Below, one piece after another: positions 1 to 6,350 of a DNA stretch of 10,244 nt. Within the stretch, counting starts at the first letter, position 1, and each line of letters begins with the position of its first letter. The stretch is from Crocosphaera subtropica ATCC 51142 (GTDB taxonomy: Bacteria > Cyanobacteriota > Cyanobacteriia > Cyanobacteriales > Microcystaceae): positions 1 through 10,244 of the forward strand of contig NC_010543.1 of the NCBI RefSeq assembly GCF_000017845.1, in the 5' to 3' direction. The notes beneath the pieces are model-generated. The model made no database searches. It had not been told where the DNA came from and was given only the letters and a program-made list of their open reading frames with translations. The translations under genes were made by a program, and so were the position numbers.

Positions 1-21
1 TCAAGAATGGGGATGAGTGGG
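1..21. repeat. Right half of a ~60-bp direct repeat (copy A) split across the window ends; the intact second copy is at 2231-2291
   Basis: 1-21 tcaagaatggggatgagtggg matches 2271-2291 at 20/21 positions. The left half of copy A is 10206-10244. The segment overlaps the last six codons and the stop of the recombinase gene. Confidence 0.8.
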
Positions 22-657
22 AGATGGTGTGGAGTTATCTTGGAGGGGTTGAGGATCACGAAAGCTACTTTTCCCGATATATGACAAACTCGATAAAGAC
101 GCGATCGCGCCTTTGACTTGATCTGGTTTGACTTCCAGGTAGGCATGGAGTTGGGTGAGGTTGTGATGGCCGCTGATTTCGGCGATGACTCGGAAGGGGA
201 TGTTAGCGTCGCTCATTTGGGTCAGGGCGGTGCGTCGGAAGCTGTGGGTGCTGACTCCTTCTAGTCCGATGGAACGACAGGCTTTACGGAGGATCAGGGA
301 GGCACTGTCGGGGTGAAGGTGGCCTTTGTTCCAACGTCCAGGGAAGAGGTATTCGTTCTCTGAATTGGGTCTATATTGCCCTAGAAGGTGTCTTAAATCC
401 TCTGAGGTAGGAATTGTTCGGCTGGCTAGTTTACCCTTGCTGTTGCCCTTTCTGATGGTCATGTAGGGTCGGACGGTTCCGAGGCGATCATATGCGTCGG
501 CAGTGAGTTGAGTGACGGCTTCGTTAATTCGACAAGCGGTATAGAGGCAAAAGCCGAATAGAGTGCGATCTCGTTGGGTTTTAAGTCCTTGGTTGAAGAG
601 GAGGTAAATTTCTTCAGGGGTAAGGATTTTAGCTTTGCCGTGCCGTTCTCGTTTCAT
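1..657 (-). CDS. Tyrosine recombinase / phage-integrase family, catalytic domain only (218 aa)
   Basis: ATG at 657-655 and TGA at 3-1. Catalytic residues are readable: Arg in TACRINEA, H-x-x-R in THSFRRT, His in SGHHN, Tyr in HAYLEV. The first catalytic Arg is at residue ~43, so the usual ~100-aa N-terminal core-binding domain is absent. The gene lies 18 bp downstream of, and co-oriented with, the 676-1170 gene. Confidence 0.9.
   Translation of the reverse strand: MKRERHGKAKILTPEEIYLLFNQGLKTQRDRTLFGFCLYTACRINEAVTQLTADAYDRLGTVRPYMTIRKGNSKGKLASRTIPTSEDLRHLLGQYRPNSENEYLFPGRWNKGHLHPDSASLILRKACRSIGLEGVSTHSFRRTALTQMSDANIPFRVIAEISGHHNLTQLHAYLEVKPDQVKGAIASLSSLSYIGKSSFRDPQPLQDNSTPSPTHPHS
101..108. 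repeat. HIP1 octamer GCGATCGC (cyanobacterial highly iterated palindrome), single copy
   Basis: Exact GCGATCGC read at 101-108. It is used only as a taxonomic hint. Confidence 0.6.
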
Positions 658-675
658 GGCTGGTGTTTAAAGTAA

Positions 676-1170
676 TTATTCTGGTTGATCGGATTTAGTG
701 GCGTTTTCAACGGCTTTTAAGTGTCTTTCTTTCAAGTCTCTGCGTCTTTGGTCATCTTCTTCTCGGCGGTAGTCGTTGAGGTTTTTAACTTTGCCTTTCC
801 AGCCGTAGTAGGGATTTAATCGAAAAGCATAGGAGCGTCCAACTTTGGGACCTCTGAGAATAATCCCTTTCTCTTCAAGAACAGAAATAGCCCTAGAAAC
901 ATTAGGCTTTTTCATCTCAAGCTTTTCTGAAATTTCATTTTGAGTGACTTGAATCCAGTTTTCAAAGTCGAGACGGGATAGCAAAAGTAAAAGAACCCTA
1001 TAAGTTTCACCTTTAAGGTCTTTATCAGTGGCTAGGAGTTCTAATGCTTCTTGACTATTCATGACCCAACCCGTTGAATAAGGATTCTGCTTAACTCCAC
1101 AATAAACTACTACTCCATCTAAAACTTCGCCTGTGTCTTGATCTACCGAGGCTATATTTCTACGTTTCAT
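676..1170 (-). CDS. Winged-helix DNA-binding protein, RepL-like (replication/maintenance) or recombination regulator
   Basis: I prefer the ATG at 1170-1168 (MKRRNIAS...), which has GGAGAG 5 nt upstream, over the TTG at 1185 used by the ORF track. The pattern GWVMNSQEALELL...YRVLLLLLSRLDFENWIQVTQNEISEKLEMKKPNVSRAISVLEEKGIILR...YAFRLNPYYGWKG fits a RepL/MarR-type winged helix. The C-terminus is basic and acidic. Confidence 0.7.
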   Translation of the reverse strand: MKRRNIASVDQDTGEVLDGVVVYCGVKQNPYSTGWVMNSQEALELLATDKDLKGETYRVLLLLLSRLDFENWIQVTQNEISEKLEMKKPNVSRAISVLEEKGIILRGPKVGRSYAFRLNPYYGWKGKVKNLNDYRREEDDQRRRDLKERHLKAVENATKSDQPE

Positions 1171-1187
1171 TAGGCTCTCCAACAAAT

Positions 1188-1228
1188 AGTTATCATATAT
1201 GATAATTGAGTTATCATATATGATAACT
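1188..1228. promoter_or_regulatory. Two tandem palindromic operator sites overlapping a sigma70-like promoter for the 1170->1 operon
   Basis: AGTTATCATATATGATAACT at 1209-1228 is a perfect 20-bp palindrome. 1188-1207 agttatcatatatgataatt matches it at 18/20, with a perfect 16-bp core TTATCATATATGATAA at 1190-1205. The two centres are 21 bp apart. On the minus strand, TTGAAA (1241-1236), a 17-nt spacer and TATGAT (1218-1213) place the -10 inside the distal palindrome. Confidence 0.6.
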
Positions 1229-1465
1229 ATCCAATTTTCAAACCCTTATGTAGAGCCACTCATAAGTAGGTTCCTTTATGTCTCTTGTAATAAAAATCTA
1301 TAAGCTGTGCTTATCAATGGGGGTGTAATCCGAACTGGACAAAGCTCTTAAGAGATTTTAACTAAAATTAATAATATTTTTAGATTTACCTAGAGAATTA
1401 GTGTTTATTATTACAGCATTACATTATTAAAAAAAGAATTGTGAATTGTAAGGAGTTAATTAATT

Positions 1466-2113
1466 ATGAAAGTATCAAATTTCAAAAAGCCATTAATTTA
1501 TTTAATTTTATCCGTAACTTTAGTTAACATATTTGCTGATAAAGCTGATGCTTTTAAGTTAGAACTTAAAAGAGTCGGTGAATGGGATCAAATGATTTTT
1601 AATCCTTTCACGGGTAATAAAATTGGAACAATTACAGTACCTCACTTTAGGTTAGAAAAAATAGAAATTCAGTTAGGTCTTAATAATACAGGAAAAGTTT
1701 TTCTAGATAAAGGAGTATTAGCAAACAACTTTTTAGAAGATTTAGGTGAAGGAGTTATTCCAGTTACAATGGATGGTCAAGAAATTGCATTTGATAATAC
1801 CATGTTTCCCGATATTCCAGGATCTGGATTTACAACAGATACTAATAACGGAACTAATTTTTTAATAACTTTTGATGAGCCTTTTACGGAACCAGTAGGA
1901 TCAATTGTAGATGTTTCAGATATGAACATTTTAATATCAACTCCTTTAAATGTTTTTGATACTTCTTTAGTTGAAGGAAGTGTTTTTAACAGTGCAATGA
2001 CGGATAGTGAACCTGCTGAAATAGTTTCTACACCTGAAAAGTCTGTATCTTCTATAACTTTATTGAGCTTATTAGGAGTAGGAATGTTTTTGAAAAAGAA
2101 AGTAAATGTATAA
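1466..2113 (+). CDS. Secreted protein with a PEP-CTERM-like C-terminal sorting signal (215 aa)
   Basis: AAGGAG at 1450-1455 lies 10 nt before the ATG. The N-terminal signal peptide is LIYLILSVTLVNIFADKADA/FK. The C-terminus is TPEKSVSS + hydrophobic ITLLSLLGVGMFL + KKK. The gene is visibly more AT-rich than the integrase operon. Confidence 0.75.
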   Translation: MKVSNFKKPLIYLILSVTLVNIFADKADAFKLELKRVGEWDQMIFNPFTGNKIGTITVPHFRLEKIEIQLGLNNTGKVFLDKGVLANNFLEDLGEGVIPVTMDGQEIAFDNTMFPDIPGSGFTTDTNNGTNFLITFDEPFTEPVGSIVDVSDMNILISTPLNVFDTSLVEGSVFNSAMTDSEPAEIVSTPEKSVSSITLLSLLGVGMFLKKKVNV

Positions 2114-2150
2114 AAAGCTTGGAATGGTTGTATATCCTATATACCTGTTG

Positions 2151-2182
2151 CTCTACACTGAGTATGAATACTTAGTGTAGAG
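2151..2182 (+). terminator. Strong stem-loop between the convergent genes (possible terminator, no T-tract)
   Basis: ctctacactgagtat (2151-2165), loop ga, atacttagtgtagag (2168-2182). This is a 15-bp stem with one G:U-type position. No U-run follows, so intrinsic-terminator function is uncertain. Confidence 0.4.
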
Positions 2183-2230
2183 ACGATTTAAGCAGCCCAC
2201 CAGGGGGGCAGTTAGCGCAGGGGGTAGTGA

Positions 2231-2291
2231 AGAAATAATGCGACGATAGGAGCAACGATCTTGCTTGTCTTCAAGAATTGGGATGAGTGGG
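2231..2291. repeat. Copy B of the ~60-bp direct repeat (candidate att/recombination site)
   Basis: agaaataa (2231-2238) equals 10206-10213. tgcgacgataggagcaacgatctt (2239-2262) is identical to 10217-10240. tcaagaattgggatgagtggg (2271-2291) matches 1-21 at 20/21. The copies differ by a 3-nt and a 4-nt indel. Copy B sits in the intergenic space between the convergent PEP-CTERM genes. Confidence 0.85.
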
Positions 2292-2320
2292 GAATAATGT
2301 GCCTTGAGTATAAGTGATCA

Positions 2321-3493
2321 CTAATTATTGTGTTTATGTTTAGGAATCAAACTTATAACTAAAATTGAGAAAGTGAAAAGACTTAATAAGGAAGAAGACT
2401 CTGGAACGGTTACTGAGGTAATGCGCCAAATTTTTCCTGCTCCGGCTCGATTTGTTCCATCTGAAACAAACAAACCTCCACCAAGTATGCCTTCAGTATC
2501 AAATGCTACATCAATAGCATCTATATTTGTCAAAAACGGAATTAGAGTTCCATCAGGTTTTAGGGTAAAAAGTGTTCCATCGTCATTCCCGAAACTACTG
2601 CCTTCTGTAGCAACAAAAAGATCAGAACCAAACACTCCACCTGGGCCTAGTTCAATAAGTTCCAAACCGCTCAGACCATCAACTAAAAGAGTAGAAGTTC
2701 CATCTAAATTAACTAAAAAAAGTGCATCATTCATTGTTGCCTCTCCATCTGTTTGCAATGAAAAGGTTCCTGTAACAAACCCTCCCCCTTCTTGCCATTG
2801 TCCAAGATCATTAATAGAAGCATAAGCGGCTGGTTTATGGCGATGAATAAATGTAGTTAAAGTTGGCTCTGGAAAAATAGCTGAAGACACAGAAGCAAAA
2901 ACATTACTACTTCCATCTGAATTAATTTGAAGAATATCTCTTGAGGCTTGAGAATCTGATCCAATTGAGCCATCAGTAGCGAATATAACACCACCAGGTC
3001 CATAAGTTAATACAGGAGGACCAAAAGGTGATGATGAAATATTTGAAGCAAAAGTTGTGAGAGTCCCGTCAGAAAGCAAACGGCGAATTCTTTGATCACG
3101 CGGCTCTGAAATCAGAATACCGTCTCCGTATGAACCTCTCGCAAAAAGCATTGATTCTGCGCTATTTAACTGATCTGTAACTATAGAAATAGTTCCTGCG
3201 TGATCTATTCTCATTAAACGATTACCACCAGGTAAAAAACTGGGTCCAGGGGTTACATACAATCCTGCTGGAAAACCATTTTCTCCACTAGAAATTGTTA
3301 ATTGAAATGCGTCTAGATCTGGATCTATAGATGCCAAATCTACAAAAAGCTCAACTTTAAAACGGTCAGAATTTACTAAAGTAGGAACAGCTTTAGCATT
3401 AGGTATAGAACCCATAGTTAAACTAATAAAAACACTAATAAAACTAGGTAAAGAAGATAATATTTTTCGAGAAAAGTTATCAAATAAAAACAT
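2321..3493 (-). CDS. Secreted beta-propeller-like repeat protein with a PEP-CTERM-like C-terminus (390 aa)
   Basis: Signal peptide ...SVFISLTMGSIPNAKA/VP. Recurrent (S/L/D)DG(T/S)xxxF/L strand motifs are present (SDGTLTTFAS, SDGSSNVFAS, LDGTSTLLVD, DDGTLFTLKPDGTLIPFL). The C-terminus is VPESSS + hydrophobic LLSLFTFSILVISLI + PKHKH. Confidence 0.8.
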   Translation of the reverse strand: MFLFDNFSRKILSSLPSFISVFISLTMGSIPNAKAVPTLVNSDRFKVELFVDLASIDPDLDAFQLTISSGENGFPAGLYVTPGPSFLPGGNRLMRIDHAGTISIVTDQLNSAESMLFARGSYGDGILISEPRDQRIRRLLSDGTLTTFASNISSSPFGPPVLTYGPGGVIFATDGSIGSDSQASRDILQINSDGSSNVFASVSSAIFPEPTLTTFIHRHKPAAYASINDLGQWQEGGGFVTGTFSLQTDGEATMNDALFLVNLDGTSTLLVDGLSGLELIELGPGGVFGSDLFVATEGSSFGNDDGTLFTLKPDGTLIPFLTNIDAIDVAFDTEGILGGGLFVSDGTNRAGAGKIWRITSVTVPESSSLLSLFTFSILVISLIPKHKHNN

Positions 3494-3595
3494 ATTTTTA
3501 TTTAAAAAAATTTACTGCTACAAAATTAGTATAGTTAAAAAATAAAAAAATTAAATTAAATTAAGATTAAGTAATGATGCCTATGGTTAAGTGGT

Positions 3596-5986
3596 TTAAA
3601 GTGAAAATCCTCTACCTCGACTACGTTTCTGCTCTTGTTCTCTTTCCCATCTTAATTGAGCCATAAGAGCCTCATTCCAATCTTTATGATGGTTTGGCAC
3701 TACTCGACTAAGTTGAGCCGTAGAAGGAGCAATATTATTAAGCTCCTGAGCGATTCCCTGACCAGCTTCATCCTTATCAGTAGCGATAATAATTTGTCCC
3801 CCTTGGCTGTGGATCTTCTCAAAGGCTGTTTTAAGTAGGGTTTTCTGCTTTTCTGATAACGTGCCACCGGTGGCCATATAACGGGTGTTGGCATCAGGGA
3901 ATAGTTGATGATAGCTTAAGCAGTCTAGAGGGCTTTCACAGATGACTAATTTAGTATCAGTAGAGGCTGGTTTAGAGAACCATAGCCCTTTACTGCCACC
4001 TTTAGAGAAGCCTTTAAACTGTTGGTTACGAATTTCATAGCCACAGATACCCTCACGGTCATGGTAAGGAAAAATGACATTATTACGGCTGTCAGTGTAG
4101 ATTTTGTCTTGAAATTTAGGATTACTGGTGGTTTGTGGGTTGATGCCTCGTTGGGTAAGATAAGGATGGTTTGTAATGGGTTTAAAGCGTTCAAATTGAG
4201 TGAGTATGTTGTGTCTATCTGGGGTGCTTGGGGTTAGTTTAGGGGTAGATTTTTTAGGGGTGTAAGTAGAAGAATAGGTATCATTTAACCAGGGTCTAAG
4301 TTCTTTTCTAACTTCTCCTAAGTTGAGGTTTCTTTTATTCTGAATAAAGTCAATGATTGAGCCACTATCTCTATCATCTTTAACGGATGAGTAAAAATAG
4401 TGTCCATCGGCTTGATTAAGACCAACGAGAATCTTATCCCCTTGGTTATCTTTGAGGACAAGACAATTAACTGAACTTTTTTTCTTATCTATAGTATAAC
4501 CTTGTGTTTGAGCATAATCAGCTAGGTTAATTTGTTTGCATCGATGCAACTCTTCAGCTTGTTTATCTGCTATTTTTCTAAGACGTTCATGATGTCTTGA
4601 TAAGCGTTTTCGAGTTCGGTTATCCTGTTCGATAAGTTGTTGATGGTGCTGTTGAGTGAGTTGATTTGCTTGGTTAAGTTGGTCATTTGTTCGTTCTGTT
4701 GTTGCTTGTCCTTCTCGTATTGAATGGCAAAGTTCTTGAAGGTTTCTAGTAGCTCTTTTTCTAGTTGGTTCATCGTCTTCTTCTACAGCTTTAAGCAGGG
4801 CTTGCCTTTGCATTTCCAATTGGTCTTGTGATTGCTGTTGGGAGGTAATATTATGAATTTCCCTTGACTGGTTTGATAAAGTTCTATCCCCCAAGTCTTC
4901 TGCTTGAGTTGATTGAGGGTGATTCTGTTGGTTTGAATTTGTTGAAATTGTTTTGTTAAATATTGAGTCATCCCCCAACTGCCTATCAAGGAACCTGTTA
5001 AGAGGCTGATAAGAATTGTCCCTGGCAGTAGTGAAGTCCATTTCAGATGGTTTTTGATATTCTGTTGAGTAGCTTGAATATCGTTGGTGATGGTAGTCTC
5101 TACGTTTTGACACATTTTCTGACAGTTTTTCTTGAGCTTGTTTAATTCTTGATTGATTATCTGCTCTTGTTGCTGTCTGTCCTGTTGCCGTTTCCGTTGT
5201 AGGTTCTTGTCCAAGTCGCCAAGATGCACTATAAATTCCTCCTTTTAATCTAATGCGTTTATTTAGGTCATCATGGGTAACGGTGATGTAATCTTCCCCT
5301 TGCCTTGTAATGGTAAAGGCTGCGTCTTCTAGGGTGGTAATGATATCGTTACGGTTTTGGATCTGTCCTTCTTCTATATAAGCCGTTAAGTAATTGGTGA
5401 TGATCTTCCGAGCATCGTCCCGGCTGATGGGGGTTTGTCCAGCAAGTTCTAAGCGATGGTTTTGGGCATTAATTAAGGCTTGATGACCAGGATAATAGGT
5501 TCTAGAGCGTTCTGGGTCATCGGGGCTTGCCCATCCTTGAGAAGTGTTCCAAAGGTCACGCCAGGGTCTAAAGTAACTTTCCCATCCAGGGGGAGCAATA
5601 TTTAAGCTTTTACCAGTGGTTAATTCAACTCTAGGGGTAACAAAATGGAGTTCTACCCTATCATTGCCTGTGTGGGTATGCCTTACCCATAAAATGTCAT
5701 ACTGATCCTTATCTAATCCAGCAAAGGCGACGTTTTCAAAGGAGTTAATAAGGGCTTGTTGTTGTTCATTGTTAGGAGCATCTTCAGGAGCAAAGCTAAG
5801 AACGCCACTACGGTATTTATGTTTGAAGTTTAGGGAATCAATTAAGTTAATGGTTTGTTGAGGATCTCCTTTAATTAGTTCGGGTTGAGGGTCACGAATG
5901 ATACCTTTAGCATCAGTTTCTTTAAGGATATATTCAACTGGGGCTTTACCTTTTCCCGTCCCACGGTCAAAGAACTTAAGTAACAT
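3596..5986 (-). CDS. MOB relaxase (ColE1 MbeA-like, MobA/VirD2 relaxase domain) fused to a DUF3991 + Toprim primase-like C-terminal domain
   Basis: I prefer the ATG at 5986-5984 (MLLKFFDRGTGKGKAPVEYIL...), which has GAGGA 9 nt upstream and an 11-bp overlap with the mobC stop; the ORF-track start at 6040 runs through mobC. The N-terminus parallels MbeA as I recall it: KFxxRGxGxGxxPVxYxL with Tyr19, YRSGVLSF, and WVRHTHTGNDRVELHFVTP as the metal-binding motif. Next comes a Q/S/N-rich linker. The C-terminal part has a DUF3991-like segment (NLADYAQTQGYTID...GSIIDFIQ) and a Toprim domain (LVICESPLD ... IIIATDKDEAG at ~3761-3790). Confidence 0.9.
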   Translation of the reverse strand: MLLKFFDRGTGKGKAPVEYILKETDAKGIIRDPQPELIKGDPQQTINLIDSLNFKHKYRSGVLSFAPEDAPNNEQQQALINSFENVAFAGLDKDQYDILWVRHTHTGNDRVELHFVTPRVELTTGKSLNIAPPGWESYFRPWRDLWNTSQGWASPDDPERSRTYYPGHQALINAQNHRLELAGQTPISRDDARKIITNYLTAYIEEGQIQNRNDIITTLEDAAFTITRQGEDYITVTHDDLNKRIRLKGGIYSASWRLGQEPTTETATGQTATRADNQSRIKQAQEKLSENVSKRRDYHHQRYSSYSTEYQKPSEMDFTTARDNSYQPLNRFLDRQLGDDSIFNKTISTNSNQQNHPQSTQAEDLGDRTLSNQSREIHNITSQQQSQDQLEMQRQALLKAVEEDDEPTRKRATRNLQELCHSIREGQATTERTNDQLNQANQLTQQHHQQLIEQDNRTRKRLSRHHERLRKIADKQAEELHRCKQINLADYAQTQGYTIDKKKSSVNCLVLKDNQGDKILVGLNQADGHYFYSSVKDDRDSGSIIDFIQNKRNLNLGEVRKELRPWLNDTYSSTYTPKKSTPKLTPSTPDRHNILTQFERFKPITNHPYLTQRGINPQTTSNPKFQDKIYTDSRNNVIFPYHDREGICGYEIRNQQFKGFSKGGSKGLWFSKPASTDTKLVICESPLDCLSYHQLFPDANTRYMATGGTLSEKQKTLLKTAFEKIHSQGGQIIIATDKDEAGQGIAQELNNIAPSTAQLSRVVPNHHKDWNEALMAQLRWEREQEQKRSRGRGFSL
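4570..4773 (-). CDS. Candidate overprinted gene inside the relaxase gene: 67-aa coiled-coil protein, MbeD/MobD-like
   Basis: ATG at 4773-4771, 9 nt after the TAG of the 4783-5229 ORF and in the same frame as it. That frame differs from the relaxase frame. The heptad-like sequence is MNQLEKELLETFKNFAIQYEKDKQQQNEQMTNLTKQINSLNSTINNLSNRITELENAYQ. Confidence 0.45.
   Translation of the reverse strand: MNQLEKELLETFKNFAIQYEKDKQQQNEQMTNLTKQINSLNSTINNLSNRITELENAYQDIMNVLEK
4783..5229 (-). CDS. Candidate overprinted gene inside the relaxase gene: 148-aa membrane-anchored protein, MobB/MbeB-like accessory
   Basis: GTG start at 5229-5227, preceded by a perfect AAGGAGG (5244-5238) with an 8-nt spacer. The frame differs from the relaxase frame. 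The product has a charged, Q-rich coiled-coil N-terminus, one clear TM helix (WTSLLPGTILISLLTGSLIGSWGM) and a small C-terminal domain (WGIELYQTSQGKFIILPP...WKCKGKPCLKL). Confidence 0.55.
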   Translation of the reverse strand: MHLGDLDKNLQRKRQQDRQQQEQIINQELNKLKKNCQKMCQNVETTITNDIQATQQNIKNHLKWTSLLPGTILISLLTGSLIGSWGMTQYLTKQFQQIQTNRITLNQLKQKTWGIELYQTSQGKFIILPPNSNHKTNWKCKGKPCLKL

Positions 5987-6335
5987 CTTCGTTGTCCTCT
6001 GAATTAGGAGAAGGTTTATCAGATTTAACTGATAGTTCATGTAGGGTTTCTTGGATCAGTCTAAGAGCTTGAATAACCTCAATAGCTTCGGCGGTTTGTT
6101 TGTAGGTATTAGCCCATTTAGCGATTTGGTTTAGATTATTGCCAATGCGAGCGATCTGCCTAGTTTGTTCTTGAACTAATGAACTATTTGAAGCTGTCCA
6201 AGTTCGAGTTTTGGACATAGCTTGTCGGATAAGATTAGAGAGAGTAAGACCTGAGAGTACGGCCTTTTCTTGCCAAGCTAATTTTTCAGAAGGAGTTACC
6301 CGAATTGTTAGATTAATGTTACGTTTCTCAGTCAT
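5976..6335 (-). CDS. mobC: MobC/MbeC-family relaxosome accessory protein (ribbon-helix-helix N-terminus)
   Basis: I prefer the ATG at 6335-6333 (MTEKRNINLTIRVTPSEKLAWQEKAVLSGLTLSNLIRQA...). The longer track ORF to 6434 reads through G5/C5 repeat DNA. The RHH motif plus the IARIGNNLNQIAKWAN motif are typical of MobC. The stop overlaps the relaxase start, suggesting translational coupling. Confidence 0.85.
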   Translation of the reverse strand: MTEKRNINLTIRVTPSEKLAWQEKAVLSGLTLSNLIRQAMSKTRTWTASNSSLVQEQTRQIARIGNNLNQIAKWANTYKQTAEAIEVIQALRLIQETLHELSVKSDKPSPNSEDNEDVT

Positions 6336-6350
6336 AATAAAAAGAGAAGA

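Noticed and set aside
2328-2825. 165-aa plus-strand ORF antisense to the 390-aa propeller gene
   Set aside because: It is a P/S/K-rich low-complexity translation with no start context or motif. It lies entirely inside a well-supported opposite-strand gene, which is typical of a shadow ORF.
3656-4237. Four short ORFs (3656-3838 +, 3700-3894 -, 3946-4194 -, 4022-4237 +) inside the Toprim/DUF3991 part of the relaxase gene
   Set aside because: They have no SD or start context and no recognisable motifs. They overlap the most conserved, structured domain of the host gene. This contrasts with the 4570-5229 pair, which sits in the linker and has a perfect SD.
5987-6040. N-terminal extension of the relaxase ORF (MNYQLNLINLLLIQRTTK)
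   Set aside because: It overlaps the mobC 3' end by 65 nt. The conserved MbeA-like N-terminus starts at the internal ATG at 5986, which has its own GAGGA.
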